Shown: piece after piece, positions 31,110 through 41,406 of the stretch | How positions within the stretch are numbered: position 1 is the first letter of the stretch | How the letters are laid out: each line of letters opens with the position of its first letter | From: Candidatus Bathyarchaeota archaeon | Lineage (GTDB): Archaea; Thermoproteota; Bathyarchaeia; TCS64 | NCBI GenBank assembly: GCA_963769425.1 | Contig: CAVYLP010000006.1 | Location: 800,001 to 864,000 of the forward strand | Length of the DNA: 64,000 bases | Reading direction: 5' to 3' | Program-made: the position numbers and the translations under genes | Notes under the pieces: generated by a model | What the model was told of the DNA's origin: nothing | The model's database searches: none | The model's input: only the letters and a program-made list of their open reading frames with translations

Positions 31110-33182
31110 ATGGCACGCGACCCAGTTTGCGGGATGTACGTTAACGAGGAGCACGCCGCCTTCAAGGTTGAGCGTGGCGGGAAGACCTACTACTTCTGCA
31201 GCGAGGGCTGCATGCTCACCTTCCAGCAGCCCGACAGGGAGCTGAAGAAGCTCAGAAACTTAGCTATCTTCAGTCTGATATTGGGCACGCTGACCTTCAT
31301 CGTCATGTTCGCGGGTGTGTCCCTGCCTCTCCTCCCGATGGAGTGGTGGGCGTTCCTCCTCGCGACCCCCGTCCAGTTCGTGGCTGGGTGGAGGTACTAC
31401 CGAGGCGCGTGGGGTGCGCTGAAGGCCCGTACCGCCAACATGGACACGCTCATAGTCATCGGCTCGACGACCGCGTGGGCATACAGTACTTTCGTCGTGC
31501 TCTTCCCACAGTGGGCGCCGAGCATGGACGTCTACTTCGACGCCTCGGCGCTGATACTCGCCCTCATCCTCATCGGTAAGTACCTTGAGGAGGTCGCGAG
31601 GGGGCGCGCATCCGACGCGGTGCGGAAGCTGCTCGACCTCCAGCCACCCATGGGGAGGATAGTCAGGGAGGACGGCTCCGAGGAGGAGGTCGGCGTCGAG
31701 ACCATCATGCCAATGGATATCCTTCGTGTGAAGCCGGGGGAGCGAATCCCCCTCGACGGAGTAATTGTCGACGGCGCCAGCAGCGTGGACGAGAGCATGA
31801 TCACGGGCGAGAGCGTCCCCGTCTCGAAGAAGGCGGGGGACGAGGTCATCGGCGGCACAATGAACAAGGAGGGGAGCTTCAAGATGGACGTCACCAAGAT
31901 CGGGATGAACACGACCCTCCAGCAGATAGTGCAGATGGTGGAGGAGGCGCAGCTAAGCAAGGCGCCAATACAGCGCTTCGCCGACACCATCGCCGCCTAC
32001 TTCACCCCGACGATACTCATCATAGCCACCATCTCCGCCCTCGGCTGGTTCTACGTCGCACACGAGACCTTCGGCGTCGCCTTCACCACATTCGTCGCCG
32101 TAGTCATAGTCGCCTGCCCCTGCGCAATGGGCATAGCCACCCCGACAGCCATCCTAGTCGGCGCGGGACTCGGGGCACAGAACGGCATACTCATCAAGAA
32201 CGGCGAGTTCCTCGAGAAAGCGCGCAGCCTGCAGGCCGTAGCCTTCGACAAGACGGGCACACTAACAAAGGGAGAGCTGGCGGTCACCGACGTCGTAGGC
32301 GAGAAGCCCGACGAGCTGCTCGCCGCGGCCGCGAGCCTAGAGAAGTTGAGCGAACATCCCATAGGCACAGCGGTCGTTAAGAAGGCGGAAGAGAAGGGTC
32401 TCAAGCTCTCCGAGCCAAATGACTTCGAGGCACTAGCGGGCCGCGGCGTCAAAGGCTCCATAGGGCGAAGGAGCTACGTCGTCGGTACAAGCCGATTAAT
32501 GGACGATATCAAGGCCGAGATCCCCGATGAGGTGAAGAAGCAATCCGAGGCACTCTATGACCAGGGGAAGACTCTCGCCTTTGTCTCTGCTAACGGCAAA
32601 GTTATCGGCATAATCGCGGTCGCCGACCAGATCAAGGAGAACGCACCAAAAGCCGTGAAGAAGCTCCGGGACATGGGCCTCAAAGTAGTCATGATAACCG
32701 GTGACAACAAGAGGACCGCCGAGGCGATAGCGAAGCAGGTCGGCATAGACGACTACAGGGCCGAGGTACTCCCCGAGGACAAGGTCAATGTCGTCAAGGA
32801 GCTGCAGAAGGGCGGCCTCATCGTGGCGATGGTGGGAGACGGCGTCAACGACGCCCCCGCCCTAGCCGCCAGCGACGTGGGCATAGCCCTCGGCAGCGGC
32901 ACGGACGTCGCCGTGGAAACCGGCGGAATCGTCCTCATAAAGAACAATCTCGAGGACGTCGCGAGGGCTATCGACCTAAGCAAGCGCACCTACAGCAAGA
33001 TCAAGCAGAACCTCTTCTGGGCCTTCGCCTACAACTCGGCGCTCATCCCCGTGGCCGCTGGCGTCCTCATCCCCTGGGGGATACAGATGAACCCTATACT
33101 CGCCGCGGGCGCCATGGCGCTGAGCAGCATAACCGTCGTCAGCAACAGCCTCCTGCTCCGCAGGTGGAGGCCGAGGGAGTAA
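31110..33182 (+). CDS. copA: Cu(I)-translocating P1B ATPase with N-terminal YHS/TRASH domain
   Basis: DPVCGM...YFCS, TGES, CPC, DKTGT, HP, GDGVNDAP, YN and MALSS Cu(I) ligands. Confidence 0.95.
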   Translation: MARDPVCGMYVNEEHAAFKVERGGKTYYFCSEGCMLTFQQPDRELKKLRNLAIFSLILGTLTFIVMFAGVSLPLLPMEWWAFLLATPVQFVAGWRYYRGAWGALKARTANMDTLIVIGSTTAWAYSTFVVLFPQWAPSMDVYFDASALILALILIGKYLEEVARGRASDAVRKLLDLQPPMGRIVREDGSEEEVGVETIMPMDILRVKPGERIPLDGVIVDGASSVDESMITGESVPVSKKAGDEVIGGTMNKEGSFKMDVTKIGMNTTLQQIVQMVEEAQLSKAPIQRFADTIAAYFTPTILIIATISALGWFYVAHETFGVAFTTFVAVVIVACPCAMGIATPTAILVGAGLGAQNGILIKNGEFLEKARSLQAVAFDKTGTLTKGELAVTDVVGEKPDELLAAAASLEKLSEHPIGTAVVKKAEEKGLKLSEPNDFEALAGRGVKGSIGRRSYVVGTSRLMDDIKAEIPDEVKKQSEALYDQGKTLAFVSANGKVIGIIAVADQIKENAPKAVKKLRDMGLKVVMITGDNKRTAEAIAKQVGIDDYRAEVLPEDKVNVVKELQKGGLIVAMVGDGVNDAPALAASDVGIALGSGTDVAVETGGIVLIKNNLEDVARAIDLSKRTYSKIKQNLFWAFAYNSALIPVAAGVLIPWGIQMNPILAAGAMALSSITVVSNSLLLRRWRPRE

Positions 33183-33184
33183 CC

Positions 33185-33760
33185 ATGGCAGACGTCACGA
33201 AGGAGATAGGCATCACCCGCATGGACTGCCCCACATGCGTCGTCACCCTCGAGAAGTCGGTGATGAAGGTCCCAGGCGTAAGGAAGGCGCAGGGCAACTA
33301 CCTCAAGAAGACCCTCAAGGTCACCTTCGACGAGGCGACGCCCCTCGCAGCCATTGAGAAGGCTATCGAGGACGTCGGGTACCAGGTCGCCTACAAGAAG
33401 TACCCGAGCCCCCTCTCGAAGCTGAGGGGACTTTTCGGCAGAGGGGAGTCGAAGGCGATCGCCTCCGTCTCAGACTCCGAGTTCCGGGACAAGGTGCTCG
33501 GCTCCGCAAAGCCCGTCGCCGTCCTCTTCGCCAGCGGTGGCTGCCCCGCCTGCCAGGTCATCAAGCCCCAGTTCAAGGCACTCGCCGAGAAGCGGGTAGG
33601 CGGAGCCGACTTCTATGAGATGGACGTGGCCTTCACGGAGACATGGAAGGAGTATGGCGTCATGGGGATACCCACCGTGGTCGTCTTCCGGGGCGGGAAA
33701 CCGGCGGAGCGCTTCGGCGCGATGCTGGGCGTCGCGGAGTTGGAGAAGGCGCTTACCTGA
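33185..33760 (+). CDS. HMA (CopZ-like) domain fused to a thioredoxin domain
   Basis: N-terminal MDCPTC...IEDVGY; C-terminal CPAC and GIPT cis-Pro thioredoxin motifs. Confidence 0.87.
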   Translation: MADVTKEIGITRMDCPTCVVTLEKSVMKVPGVRKAQGNYLKKTLKVTFDEATPLAAIEKAIEDVGYQVAYKKYPSPLSKLRGLFGRGESKAIASVSDSEFRDKVLGSAKPVAVLFASGGCPACQVIKPQFKALAEKRVGGADFYEMDVAFTETWKEYGVMGIPTVVVFRGGKPAERFGAMLGVAELEKALT

Positions 33761-34301
33761 CGCTGGCTTCCCGGCGCCTCATCGCGTTATACGCGTCGGT
33801 TCCGCCCTTAGGGATGGTGAGGTACTTCCAGTCGCCGCCCCTGTAGAGCTTGGCGAGGTAGATGATCTGGCCCCCGTGCTGCGCCGCGTGCATGGCCTGC
33901 TGGTAGATGCCCTCCATGGCTGGCTGCTTCCTCCACCGCACCTGTATGTCCCGGGTGACGTCCTCCCCTCTCAGTTTGTCGAGGGTGCCGAGGAACCTCG
34001 CCCAGCCGTCCTCCCACTTCGCCATGACGACGGCGCGAGTCTCACCCTCCAAAATCTTGAACTCGTTCTCCCTGTCCCTGTCCGGCTTCTCCCCCTCCTC
34101 AGTGAGGAAGTCGGTGAACCTGCTCCTGAGCGTCCCCCCGATGTGCTTAACGAGTACGCCGATGCTGTGGGACTCCTCCCCCGGCTTCCTGAAAAACTCC
34201 TCATCGCTCACCTGAACGAGTGCCTTCTCGACCGTCAGCTTTAGGGAGGCGCACTCCCTCCTAGTTCTCTCTAAGAATAGCTCTCCCGCGTCCTTGGCCA
34301 T
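33753..34301 (-). CDS. DinB-like / DUF1572 family protein
   Basis: SIGVLVKHIGG, RFTDFLTEEGEKPDRDRENEF, HAAQHGGQIIYLAK. Confidence 0.85.
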   Translation of the reverse strand: MAKDAGELFLERTRRECASLKLTVEKALVQVSDEEFFRKPGEESHSIGVLVKHIGGTLRSRFTDFLTEEGEKPDRDRENEFKILEGETRAVVMAKWEDGWARFLGTLDKLRGEDVTRDIQVRWRKQPAMEGIYQQAMHAAQHGGQIIYLAKLYRGGDWKYLTIPKGGTDAYNAMRRREASVR

Positions 34302-34400
34302 GGCTTGATGTTGGGTAGTGGGGCTAGATGAAGCTGATCGGCTCCTCGATGTTGGGTAATTTTTAAAGGGGGGCCACCGGGTATTCATCAAAGCTCCCCG

Positions 34401-36206
34401 GTGCACAGCGTGAACACACTACACCACAAAGGCGTCATCGTCCCACCGAAATACAAGGCGCGCGGCCTCACCGTCAGGGTCAAGGGCCAACCAGTGAGCC
34501 TAACCGACAAGCAGGAGGAGATGGCCGTCGCATGGGCGAAGAAGGTGGGCACGCCCTACGTGGATGACCCCAAATTCGCCGAGAACTTCCACGAGGACTT
34601 CGGCAAGGCGCTCGGCCTGAAGCTCCTACCCGGGGATGTCGACTTCGGCGACATCATCAGACTCGTCCAGAGGGAGAGGGAGGAGAAGCAGAACCTCCCA
34701 CCGGAGGTAAAGAAGGCTCAGGCCGCCGAGCGGAAGGCGCAGCGCGACGCGAACAAGGAGAAGTACGGCTACGCAACCGTCGACGGGCAGCGCATGGAGC
34801 TCGGCAACTACAACGTCGAGCCCAACAGCATCTTCATGGGGCGCGGCCAGCACCCGTGGAGGGGCAGGTGGAAGCTTGGCCCAACATACGAGGACATAGA
34901 GCTCAACCTCAGCCCCGACGCCCCCCACCCGTCGGGCAACTGGAAAGCGGTGGTATGGGAGCCGGGCACAATGTGGATCGCACGTTGGACCGACAAGCTC
35001 AGCGGCAAGAAGAAGTATGTCTGGCCCGGCGACGCGAGCTTCCTCAAGCAGAGGAAGGACATGGAGAAGTACGAGAAGGCGAGGGCCCTCAAGGAGAAGC
35101 TAGACGAGGTAAAGGCGCATATAGAGGGCAACCTAACGACAGCCGACCTGAAGCGGAGGAAGGTGGCGACCGTCTGCTACCTCATCGACCGCCTCAAGTT
35201 CAGGGTCGGCGACGAGAAGGACGAGGAGGACGAAGCCGACACGGTGGGCGCCTCAACGCTCCGCCCCGAGCACGTCTGCTTCAACAGGGACGGCTCGGTC
35301 ACGTTCAACTTCCTCGGCAAGGACTCGGTGCCTATGAACATCACCGCCCCCCTACCCCCCAAGGTGGTTCAGAACCTGCGCGACTTCGCGCAGGGCGCCG
35401 GCAAGGAAAGTCTCTTCGAGGGCATAAACTCGGGCCACGTCGGCGACTTCCTCAAGGAGATAATGGAGGGGCTCAGCGCTAAGGTCTTCAGGACCCTCTA
35501 CGCGACCGACGCCGTCAGGGGCGGTCTCGCCAAGGAGACCGTGAAGCCCGAGGACCCCGACTACGTCAAGCGACAGGCGGCGCTACGCGCCAACCTCGAG
35601 GCCGCGATAGTCTGCAACCACAAGCGCACCATCCCTAAGACCTGGCAACAGAGCCTCCAGAAGAAGAAGGACCGCCTCAAGCAACTCGAGGCGAAGGCAT
35701 CAGCCGACGAGAAGGCCATCCGCCAGAAGCTCGCCGATGAGGAGAAGAAATACCGCGAGAAGCTCGTGGAGGCAGAGAAGAAGCTCACAGAGGCTGAGAA
35801 GAAGGAGGAGGAGCTACGCGCCCAGCTCGCCACGATAGAGAAGGCGGGCGGCGACCAAAAAGCTCCCAGAAAGCACCTCTCAACCGCCCGGGACAAGACG
35901 AAGACGGCGCGCGACCGCATAAGGAAACTCAAGAATACCTACGTCACCTCAACGCTGAAGGAGAAGAAGCAGCTCGAGGAGAAGAGGCAGCGCGACAGGG
36001 AGGCCGTGGAAAGGATGAGGCTACAGGTCGAGGCGCAGGAGATAACCCGCGACTACAACCTCGGCACGAGCCTGAAGAACTACGTCGACCCCCGCATCTA
36101 CTACGACTGGGGGAAACGTGTAGGCTTCGACTGGCGCAGTTACTACCCCACGACGCTGCAGAAGAAGTTCAGCTGGATCGAGGAGCAGCCCGAGGAAGAG
36201 GAGTAA
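34401..36206 (+). CDS. DNA topoisomerase IB (eukaryote/Thaumarchaeota type)
   Basis: LHHKGV, FMGRGQHP, catalytic pentad in FRVGDEK, FLGKDS, KVFRT, CNH and KNYVDPR; coiled-coil linker. Confidence 0.95.
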   Translation: MHSVNTLHHKGVIVPPKYKARGLTVRVKGQPVSLTDKQEEMAVAWAKKVGTPYVDDPKFAENFHEDFGKALGLKLLPGDVDFGDIIRLVQREREEKQNLPPEVKKAQAAERKAQRDANKEKYGYATVDGQRMELGNYNVEPNSIFMGRGQHPWRGRWKLGPTYEDIELNLSPDAPHPSGNWKAVVWEPGTMWIARWTDKLSGKKKYVWPGDASFLKQRKDMEKYEKARALKEKLDEVKAHIEGNLTTADLKRRKVATVCYLIDRLKFRVGDEKDEEDEADTVGASTLRPEHVCFNRDGSVTFNFLGKDSVPMNITAPLPPKVVQNLRDFAQGAGKESLFEGINSGHVGDFLKEIMEGLSAKVFRTLYATDAVRGGLAKETVKPEDPDYVKRQAALRANLEAAIVCNHKRTIPKTWQQSLQKKKDRLKQLEAKASADEKAIRQKLADEEKKYREKLVEAEKKLTEAEKKEEELRAQLATIEKAGGDQKAPRKHLSTARDKTKTARDRIRKLKNTYVTSTLKEKKQLEEKRQRDREAVERMRLQVEAQEITRDYNLGTSLKNYVDPRIYYDWGKRVGFDWRSYYPTTLQKKFSWIEEQPEEEE

Positions 36207-36213
36207 CCCCCGC

Positions 36214-37225
36214 TCAGCGTAGCTCGCAGATGCTGAAGAGTGGGTCCCCTGTGTTCTTCGCCGAGAGGAAGTTGATTATATTCACCGCCCCTCCCATCGG
36301 AGCCTTAATGTCCTCGATGACCACGCCGAAGGGGTCCGTTATCTGGCCGATCAGTTGCCCCTGCTCGACGATGTCGCCGGCGTTCACGAGGTAGGTGAAG
36401 AAGCCGCCCCGGGTGGCCCGGACACCGACGGCGCGCTCGCCCAACTGCGTCTGGTTGCTCGGCTCAATCGGCGCGCCCTCTAACATCTTGAGGTACCTCA
36501 TAACGTTCATCACGGCGTTGACGTGGCGACCCGTGTTCTCGGTCGAAAGGATGCCTCCTCCACCCGACTCTATGAGCATATTCGGTATCTTCGCCCGGGA
36601 GGTTGCACCCGTAGTCGTCAGCGCCTGGTTGGGTGCCCTAAGGGTCACGAAGTCAGCGAGTGAGTACCTGAGCATCGCCGCCGTTTCCACGTCCTTCTTC
36701 TCATCCCCCGTCTTAGTCGAGATAGCGAAGCACGGGCACAGCTCCGGCAGGTCGCCTCCATGGAGGTCGACGAAGTGGGTCGCCTTCTTCATGATGTTCT
36801 CGTAGATGAAGTTGACCATGTGGTGGCTGATGGTCCCCGGGCCGTAGTATATCGGGGAGACGGGCTGGCCGGGGAATATCCTGTTGATGTTTATGTCGTC
36901 GATGGGGTTGACGAAGGCTGTCTTCGCGTTGAACATCGGCACGTTGGCGCAGTGGATGATCATCAGAGTCCCCGCGAGCTTGGACGGCTTGACATCCCGG
37001 GCGATGATCTGCAGCTGCCTTGATCCCCGGGTACTCCGTCCCGTGTATCCCCGCCTCGACGAGTAGTCTCGGCCCACTTCTAACCCCGTTTATGATCGTC
37101 ATCGGGACGACTACATCGCCGATGGCCTGCTCCGCTAGCTTGACGTAGCCAGTCGCCTTCTCCCCTTGCTTAGCCTCGATGTCTTCTATTCTGAATGACG
37201 TAAGCTCTTCACCGCTGCTCCTCAT
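36214..37225 (-). CDS. M14-family succinylglutamate desuccinylase/aspartoacylase-like protein (frameshift near 37030)
   Basis: AGIHGTE, NINRIFPG, VDLHGG, IESGG, C-terminal lipoyl-like barrel. Confidence 0.88.
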
Positions 37226-37311
37226 GCTGGTTGTCACGGATTTAACACATACCTCATGCTCGATGTCCAGGCGAGCAACCGTATTAAGGCTAAACCACCT
37301 CCTATTAGGCC

Positions 37312-38109
37312 ATGAGAAATCTTGTTAAGCACAAGCTGATGGCCGGTAAGCCGGCTATCGGGACCTGGGTGAGCATCGGTCACCCAGATATGACGATGTA
37401 TCTCGCGGACATGGGCTTCGACTGGCTCGTCTGCGACATGGAGCATAGCGCCTACGGCCCCGAGACGTACCACAGCCTCGTCCAGAGCATGCTCTATGCA
37501 CGGGGCAAATGCATGCCGTTGGCGCGCATCCCGTGGATCGATCTCATCTGGTGCAAGAAGGTCCTCGACGCTGGGGCGATGGGCCTAGTGCTGCCTCGCG
37601 TCGACTCGGCGAAGATGGCGAAGGAGGCGGTCCGCCTCATGAAGTATCCGCCGCAGGGCGAGAGGGGAGCAGGTCCGCGCCTCGCCGCATTCCGCGACCC
37701 GGACTACTTCAAGACCGCGAACGATGAGATACTCGTCATCCCTATGATCGAGACGGTGAAGGGCGTCGAGAAGCTCGACGAGATATTCAGCGTCGAAGGA
37801 GTCGACGCCTGCTTCGTGGGGCCGAGCGACCTCAGCCTAGACATGGGCATCCACAAGCAGTACACGAACCCCAAGTTCATCGAGGCGCTCGACAAGATCG
37901 TCGACGCTGGGAAGGAGCACGGCGTCGCACCGGGTATGCACTGCTTCGTAACCCAGGACGCTACCGACATCAACGACGCGATAAAACGCGGCTTCAGGTT
38001 CTGCGCCCTCGACACCGACCTCGGCTACCTCAGCCGATCGGTGAAGAGCACTATCGGCTACGTCAAGGGGTGGAAGCCGGGCGAGGGTGGTGAGGCACCC
38101 GCCGTCTAA
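37312..38109 (+). CDS. HpcH/HpaI aldolase family protein
   Basis: GFDWLVCDMEH, LDAGA, YPPQGERG, MIET, FVGPSDLS. Confidence 0.93.
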   Translation: MRNLVKHKLMAGKPAIGTWVSIGHPDMTMYLADMGFDWLVCDMEHSAYGPETYHSLVQSMLYARGKCMPLARIPWIDLIWCKKVLDAGAMGLVLPRVDSAKMAKEAVRLMKYPPQGERGAGPRLAAFRDPDYFKTANDEILVIPMIETVKGVEKLDEIFSVEGVDACFVGPSDLSLDMGIHKQYTNPKFIEALDKIVDAGKEHGVAPGMHCFVTQDATDINDAIKRGFRFCALDTDLGYLSRSVKSTIGYVKGWKPGEGGEAPAV

Positions 38110-38140
38110 GCCTATATTCACCTGACCACATTTTCTCCTC

Positions 38141-39049
38141 ATGATAAGCCCCACCGAGGTTAGTGGCCTAAAAATCACTACGATTCTAGACAACATCACA
38201 CAGAGCGCCGGCCCCGTTGCCCACTGGGGGTTCTCCGCTCTCCTCGACTACGAGGTCTCTGGCAGGAGGAGGCGCGTCCTCCTCGACACGGGCAGCGATA
38301 GGGACTGCATCCTGAGGAACCTGAAGGAGCTGAAGATCGACCTAAGGGGGATCGACGCCGTCGTACTCAGTCATGGGCACTGGGATCATACATCCGCCAC
38401 GGTTGAGATTGTGAAGGCGGCTGGCGGCGTGAAGGTGTACGCACACCCCTCGGCGTTCCAACCCGTCTACAGGATTAATGAGACAGGGGAGAAGCGTAGG
38501 ATATCCATCCCCGATGGGCAAGGCGTCGCCGAGATCGAGGCGGCGGGTGGGGAGGTCGTCCTCTCAAAGGCACCAGTCGAGGTCTCTCCCGGCGTCTGGA
38601 CAACGGGCGAGGTCCCGCGGGCCAGCTTCGAGACAGTCATGGAGCTGGTCAAGGAGAGGTTGGTCCGGGAGGGCTCGGATGTTCCCGATTCTATCCCCGA
38701 CGATCAGTCGCTGTTCCTTCGCGAGAGGGGCGTCGGGTTGATCGTGGTCACGGGCTGTGCCCACTCCGGCCCCCTTAATATCCTCGCACACGTCGAGGCC
38801 CTAACAGGCGAGCCTGTGAAGGCGCTGATAGGAGGCACTCACCTGACTGGAAGGAAGCCAGAGTACACGAAAGCGACGATCGAGGGGCTGAGGAGGCACA
38901 GCTTAAGCTTGCTCTCCCCCTGCCACTGCACTGGCTTCAACGCCATGACCGAGCTATCCCGCGCCTTCCCCAAGTCCTTCACGCTCAACTACTCTGGGAA
39001 TACGATAGAACCGGCGAAGATAATCCGGGAACGAAAATCCCGGCTATGA
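38141..39049 (+). CDS. Metallo-beta-lactamase fold hydrolase
   Basis: HWGFS, LLDTG, SHGHWDH, DDQSL, GCAHSG, GGTHL, PCHCTG. Confidence 0.9.
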   Translation: MISPTEVSGLKITTILDNITQSAGPVAHWGFSALLDYEVSGRRRRVLLDTGSDRDCILRNLKELKIDLRGIDAVVLSHGHWDHTSATVEIVKAAGGVKVYAHPSAFQPVYRINETGEKRRISIPDGQGVAEIEAAGGEVVLSKAPVEVSPGVWTTGEVPRASFETVMELVKERLVREGSDVPDSIPDDQSLFLRERGVGLIVVTGCAHSGPLNILAHVEALTGEPVKALIGGTHLTGRKPEYTKATIEGLRRHSLSLLSPCHCTGFNAMTELSRAFPKSFTLNYSGNTIEPAKIIRERKSRL

Positions 39050-39898
39050 TCCGATGAATTTCTCTATCCTAGCGACGATGCCGAGGAAGGCCTTCGCCGC
39101 TGGGCTGTCAGGGTTCTCCGAGACGAAGGGGGTCCCCGAGTCCGAGTTCTGGGCGATCTTGGGCTCAAGAGGGATGGAGCCGAGGAAGGGCACCCCCATC
39201 TCGGAGGCCACCCGCTCCGCCACTCCATCGCCGAAGAGGGCGATCCTATCCCCACAGTGGGGGCAGATGAGGTAACTCATGTTCTCGATGACACCCACCA
39301 CGGGGGCCTTGAGCTGGCGGACGAAGCTGATCGACTTCTCGACGACCTGCCCGCTCACCTCGTTGGGCATCGTCACTATAACGACACCGTCTAATCCGGG
39401 CAGGAGCTGGAGGACCGTCAGCGACTCGTCGCCTGTCCCCGGCGGGAGGTCGATGAGGAGGTAGTCGAGGTCACCCCAGTCGACATCCGTGAGCAGCTGC
39501 CTTATCGCCGCCATCTTGAGTGGACCGCGCCAGATTACCGGCGAGTCCTGGCTCGGCAGGAGGAAGTCCATCGATGCGACCTTGATCCCGGATGGGGACA
39601 TCGGGGCGATTATTCCGTTCTCCCCTGCCTCTAGGCGCGCGCCCTTGAGGCCGAGCATCTTCGGCACAGTAGGACCGTGGAGGTCAGCGTCCAGAACGCC
39701 GACCCTCTTCCCCTCCCCTGCTAGGGCGGCCGCGAGGTTGACGGTGACGAGGCTCTTCCCCACGCCACCCTTCCCGCTCATGACCGCAACCTTGTACTTG
39801 ACCCTCTCCATGCGCTCCCTGAGCTGCTTTAGCTCCTCGACCCGCCTGACGAAGGCCTCCGCCTCCTCAGCCTTACGAGCCTCATCAACCGCGTCCAT
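39044..39898 (-). CDS. Mrp/NBP35 Fe-S cluster carrier ATPase
   Basis: SGKGGVGKS, DADLHGP, WRGP, DLPPGTGD, ENMS..CPHC. Confidence 0.95.
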   Translation of the reverse strand: MDAVDEARKAEEAEAFVRRVEELKQLRERMERVKYKVAVMSGKGGVGKSLVTVNLAAALAGEGKRVGVLDADLHGPTVPKMLGLKGARLEAGENGIIAPMSPSGIKVASMDFLLPSQDSPVIWRGPLKMAAIRQLLTDVDWGDLDYLLIDLPPGTGDESLTVLQLLPGLDGVVIVTMPNEVSGQVVEKSISFVRQLKAPVVGVIENMSYLICPHCGDRIALFGDGVAERVASEMGVPFLGSIPLEPKIAQNSDSGTPFVSENPDSPAAKAFLGIVARIEKFIGS

Positions 39899-40010
39899 CT
39901 TCGGAACCTAGTGAGGGTCAGATCGCAGGGTGTATAAACCCTGCCCCGGCTCGACGATTGAGCAATTAGTATTTTAACCCCCTCGACAGTTCAACTCGGA
40001 GTGGTCCCCG

Positions 40011-40538
40011 TTGATAGAGAGGCTCAGGCGTAGGCTGCGAGGCATCGAGGCGCTCGACGCGTGGGCGGCCGTCGCCATCCTCCTCAGGGAGGAGGAGGAC
40101 GACTACGAGACGCTCCTCGTCAGGAGGGCGGTCGTCCCCGGTGACCCCTGGTCGGGGGACATGGCCTTCCCCGGGGGGAAGAAGGCGCCGCAGGATAAGA
40201 CCCTCAGGGATACGGTTGTACGTGAGGTAAGCGAGGAGACTGGGATCGACCTTGACTCTCTCAGGTACATCGGGGCGCTGCCCGTCCTATTCTCATCGAT
40301 GAAGCCCGAGCGGGACGTTCTCCCCATAATCTACCTCTACGAGGGCAGGCCCGAGATACGGCTCAACTCGGAGCTCACCGCCTACCGCTGGGTCCATCTC
40401 AAGGAGCTCAGGGCTAGCAGGACTCCTGCGAAGGTGAAGGGGTGGGAGGGTGAGGTCTTCAAGCTTGGGGACGACATCGTCTGGGGACTAACCTACCGGA
40501 TGCTGGACAACCTCCTAGCCCTGATCGATGAGGGCTAG
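40011..40538 (+). CDS. Nudix hydrolase, CoA-pyrophosphatase-like
   Basis: AAVAILL, WSGDMAFPGG, REVSEETG Nudix box, IVWGLT. Confidence 0.88.
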   Translation: MIERLRRRLRGIEALDAWAAVAILLREEEDDYETLLVRRAVVPGDPWSGDMAFPGGKKAPQDKTLRDTVVREVSEETGIDLDSLRYIGALPVLFSSMKPERDVLPIIYLYEGRPEIRLNSELTAYRWVHLKELRASRTPAKVKGWEGEVFKLGDDIVWGLTYRMLDNLLALIDEG

Positions 40539-41404
40539 CTCAGGACTTTCTTCAGAGCCTTTGCGACGTCAACCGGCTGCTCGCCGATCGACGCACCTGC
40601 GCCCCTTAGTGCGTTCATCTTGCTGTCAGCGGTGCCGGTTGAGCCCTGGATTATGGCGCCGGCATGGCCCATCCTCTTCCCCGGGATCGCCGCTCGGCCG
40701 GCGATGTAGGCGGCGACGGGTTTTGTGAAGCCGCCTGAGGCTATGAAGTCGGCGGCCTTCTCCTCCGCGTTGCCGCCTATCTCCCCTATGAGGGCCACTG
40801 CCTTAGTCTCGGGGTCCTTCTGGAACCACTTGAGGAGCTCTATGTAGTCGAGGCCGACGACGGGGTCGCCCCCGAGGCCGACGCAGGTCGACTCGCCGAG
40901 GCCCTGGTTCGTGACGTGTGCGGCTATCTCGTAGAAGAGGGTGCCGCTCCTGCTGATTATACCTACGCTGCCGGCCTTGAAGACCTGGTTGGGCATTATG
41001 CCCATCTTGGACTCGCCCGCCTTTATGAGTCCGGGGGTGTTGGGTCCGATGATGGTTGTGCACGTCTGCTTAGCCCTAGCTACCATCTCGATGGTGTCGC
41101 GGACGGGTATCCCCTCTGTTATGACCACGACGGGGTCCATCCCCGCCTCTATGGCCTCGAGCGCTGCGTCGAGGGCGCCGGGGGCTGGGACGAATATAAT
41201 CGAGGCGTCGCAGCCGCTCCGTTCCTTTGCTTCAATAATGGTGTCGTAGACAGGTACCCCCTCGACTTCCTGGCCTCCACGGCCCGGGGTGGTGCCGGCG
41301 ACGATCTTGGTACCGTACTCCTTCATGCGGGCCGCGTGGAACCTGCCCTGTGTGCCCGTGATGCCCTGCACGACTACCCTCGTATCCCTGTTGATGAGCT
41401 TCAT
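40535..41404 (-). CDS. sucD: Succinyl-CoA ligase alpha subunit
   Basis: VQGITG, ITEGIP, IGPNTPG, SRSGTL, GEIGG, RMGHAGA. Confidence 0.96.
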   Translation of the reverse strand: MKLINRDTRVVVQGITGTQGRFHAARMKEYGTKIVAGTTPGRGGQEVEGVPVYDTIIEAKERSGCDASIIFVPAPGALDAALEAIEAGMDPVVVITEGIPVRDTIEMVARAKQTCTTIIGPNTPGLIKAGESKMGIMPNQVFKAGSVGIISRSGTLFYEIAAHVTNQGLGESTCVGLGGDPVVGLDYIELLKWFQKDPETKAVALIGEIGGNAEEKAADFIASGGFTKPVAAYIAGRAAIPGKRMGHAGAIIQGSTGTADSKMNALRGAGASIGEQPVDVAKALKKVLS

Positions 41405-41406
41405 GT

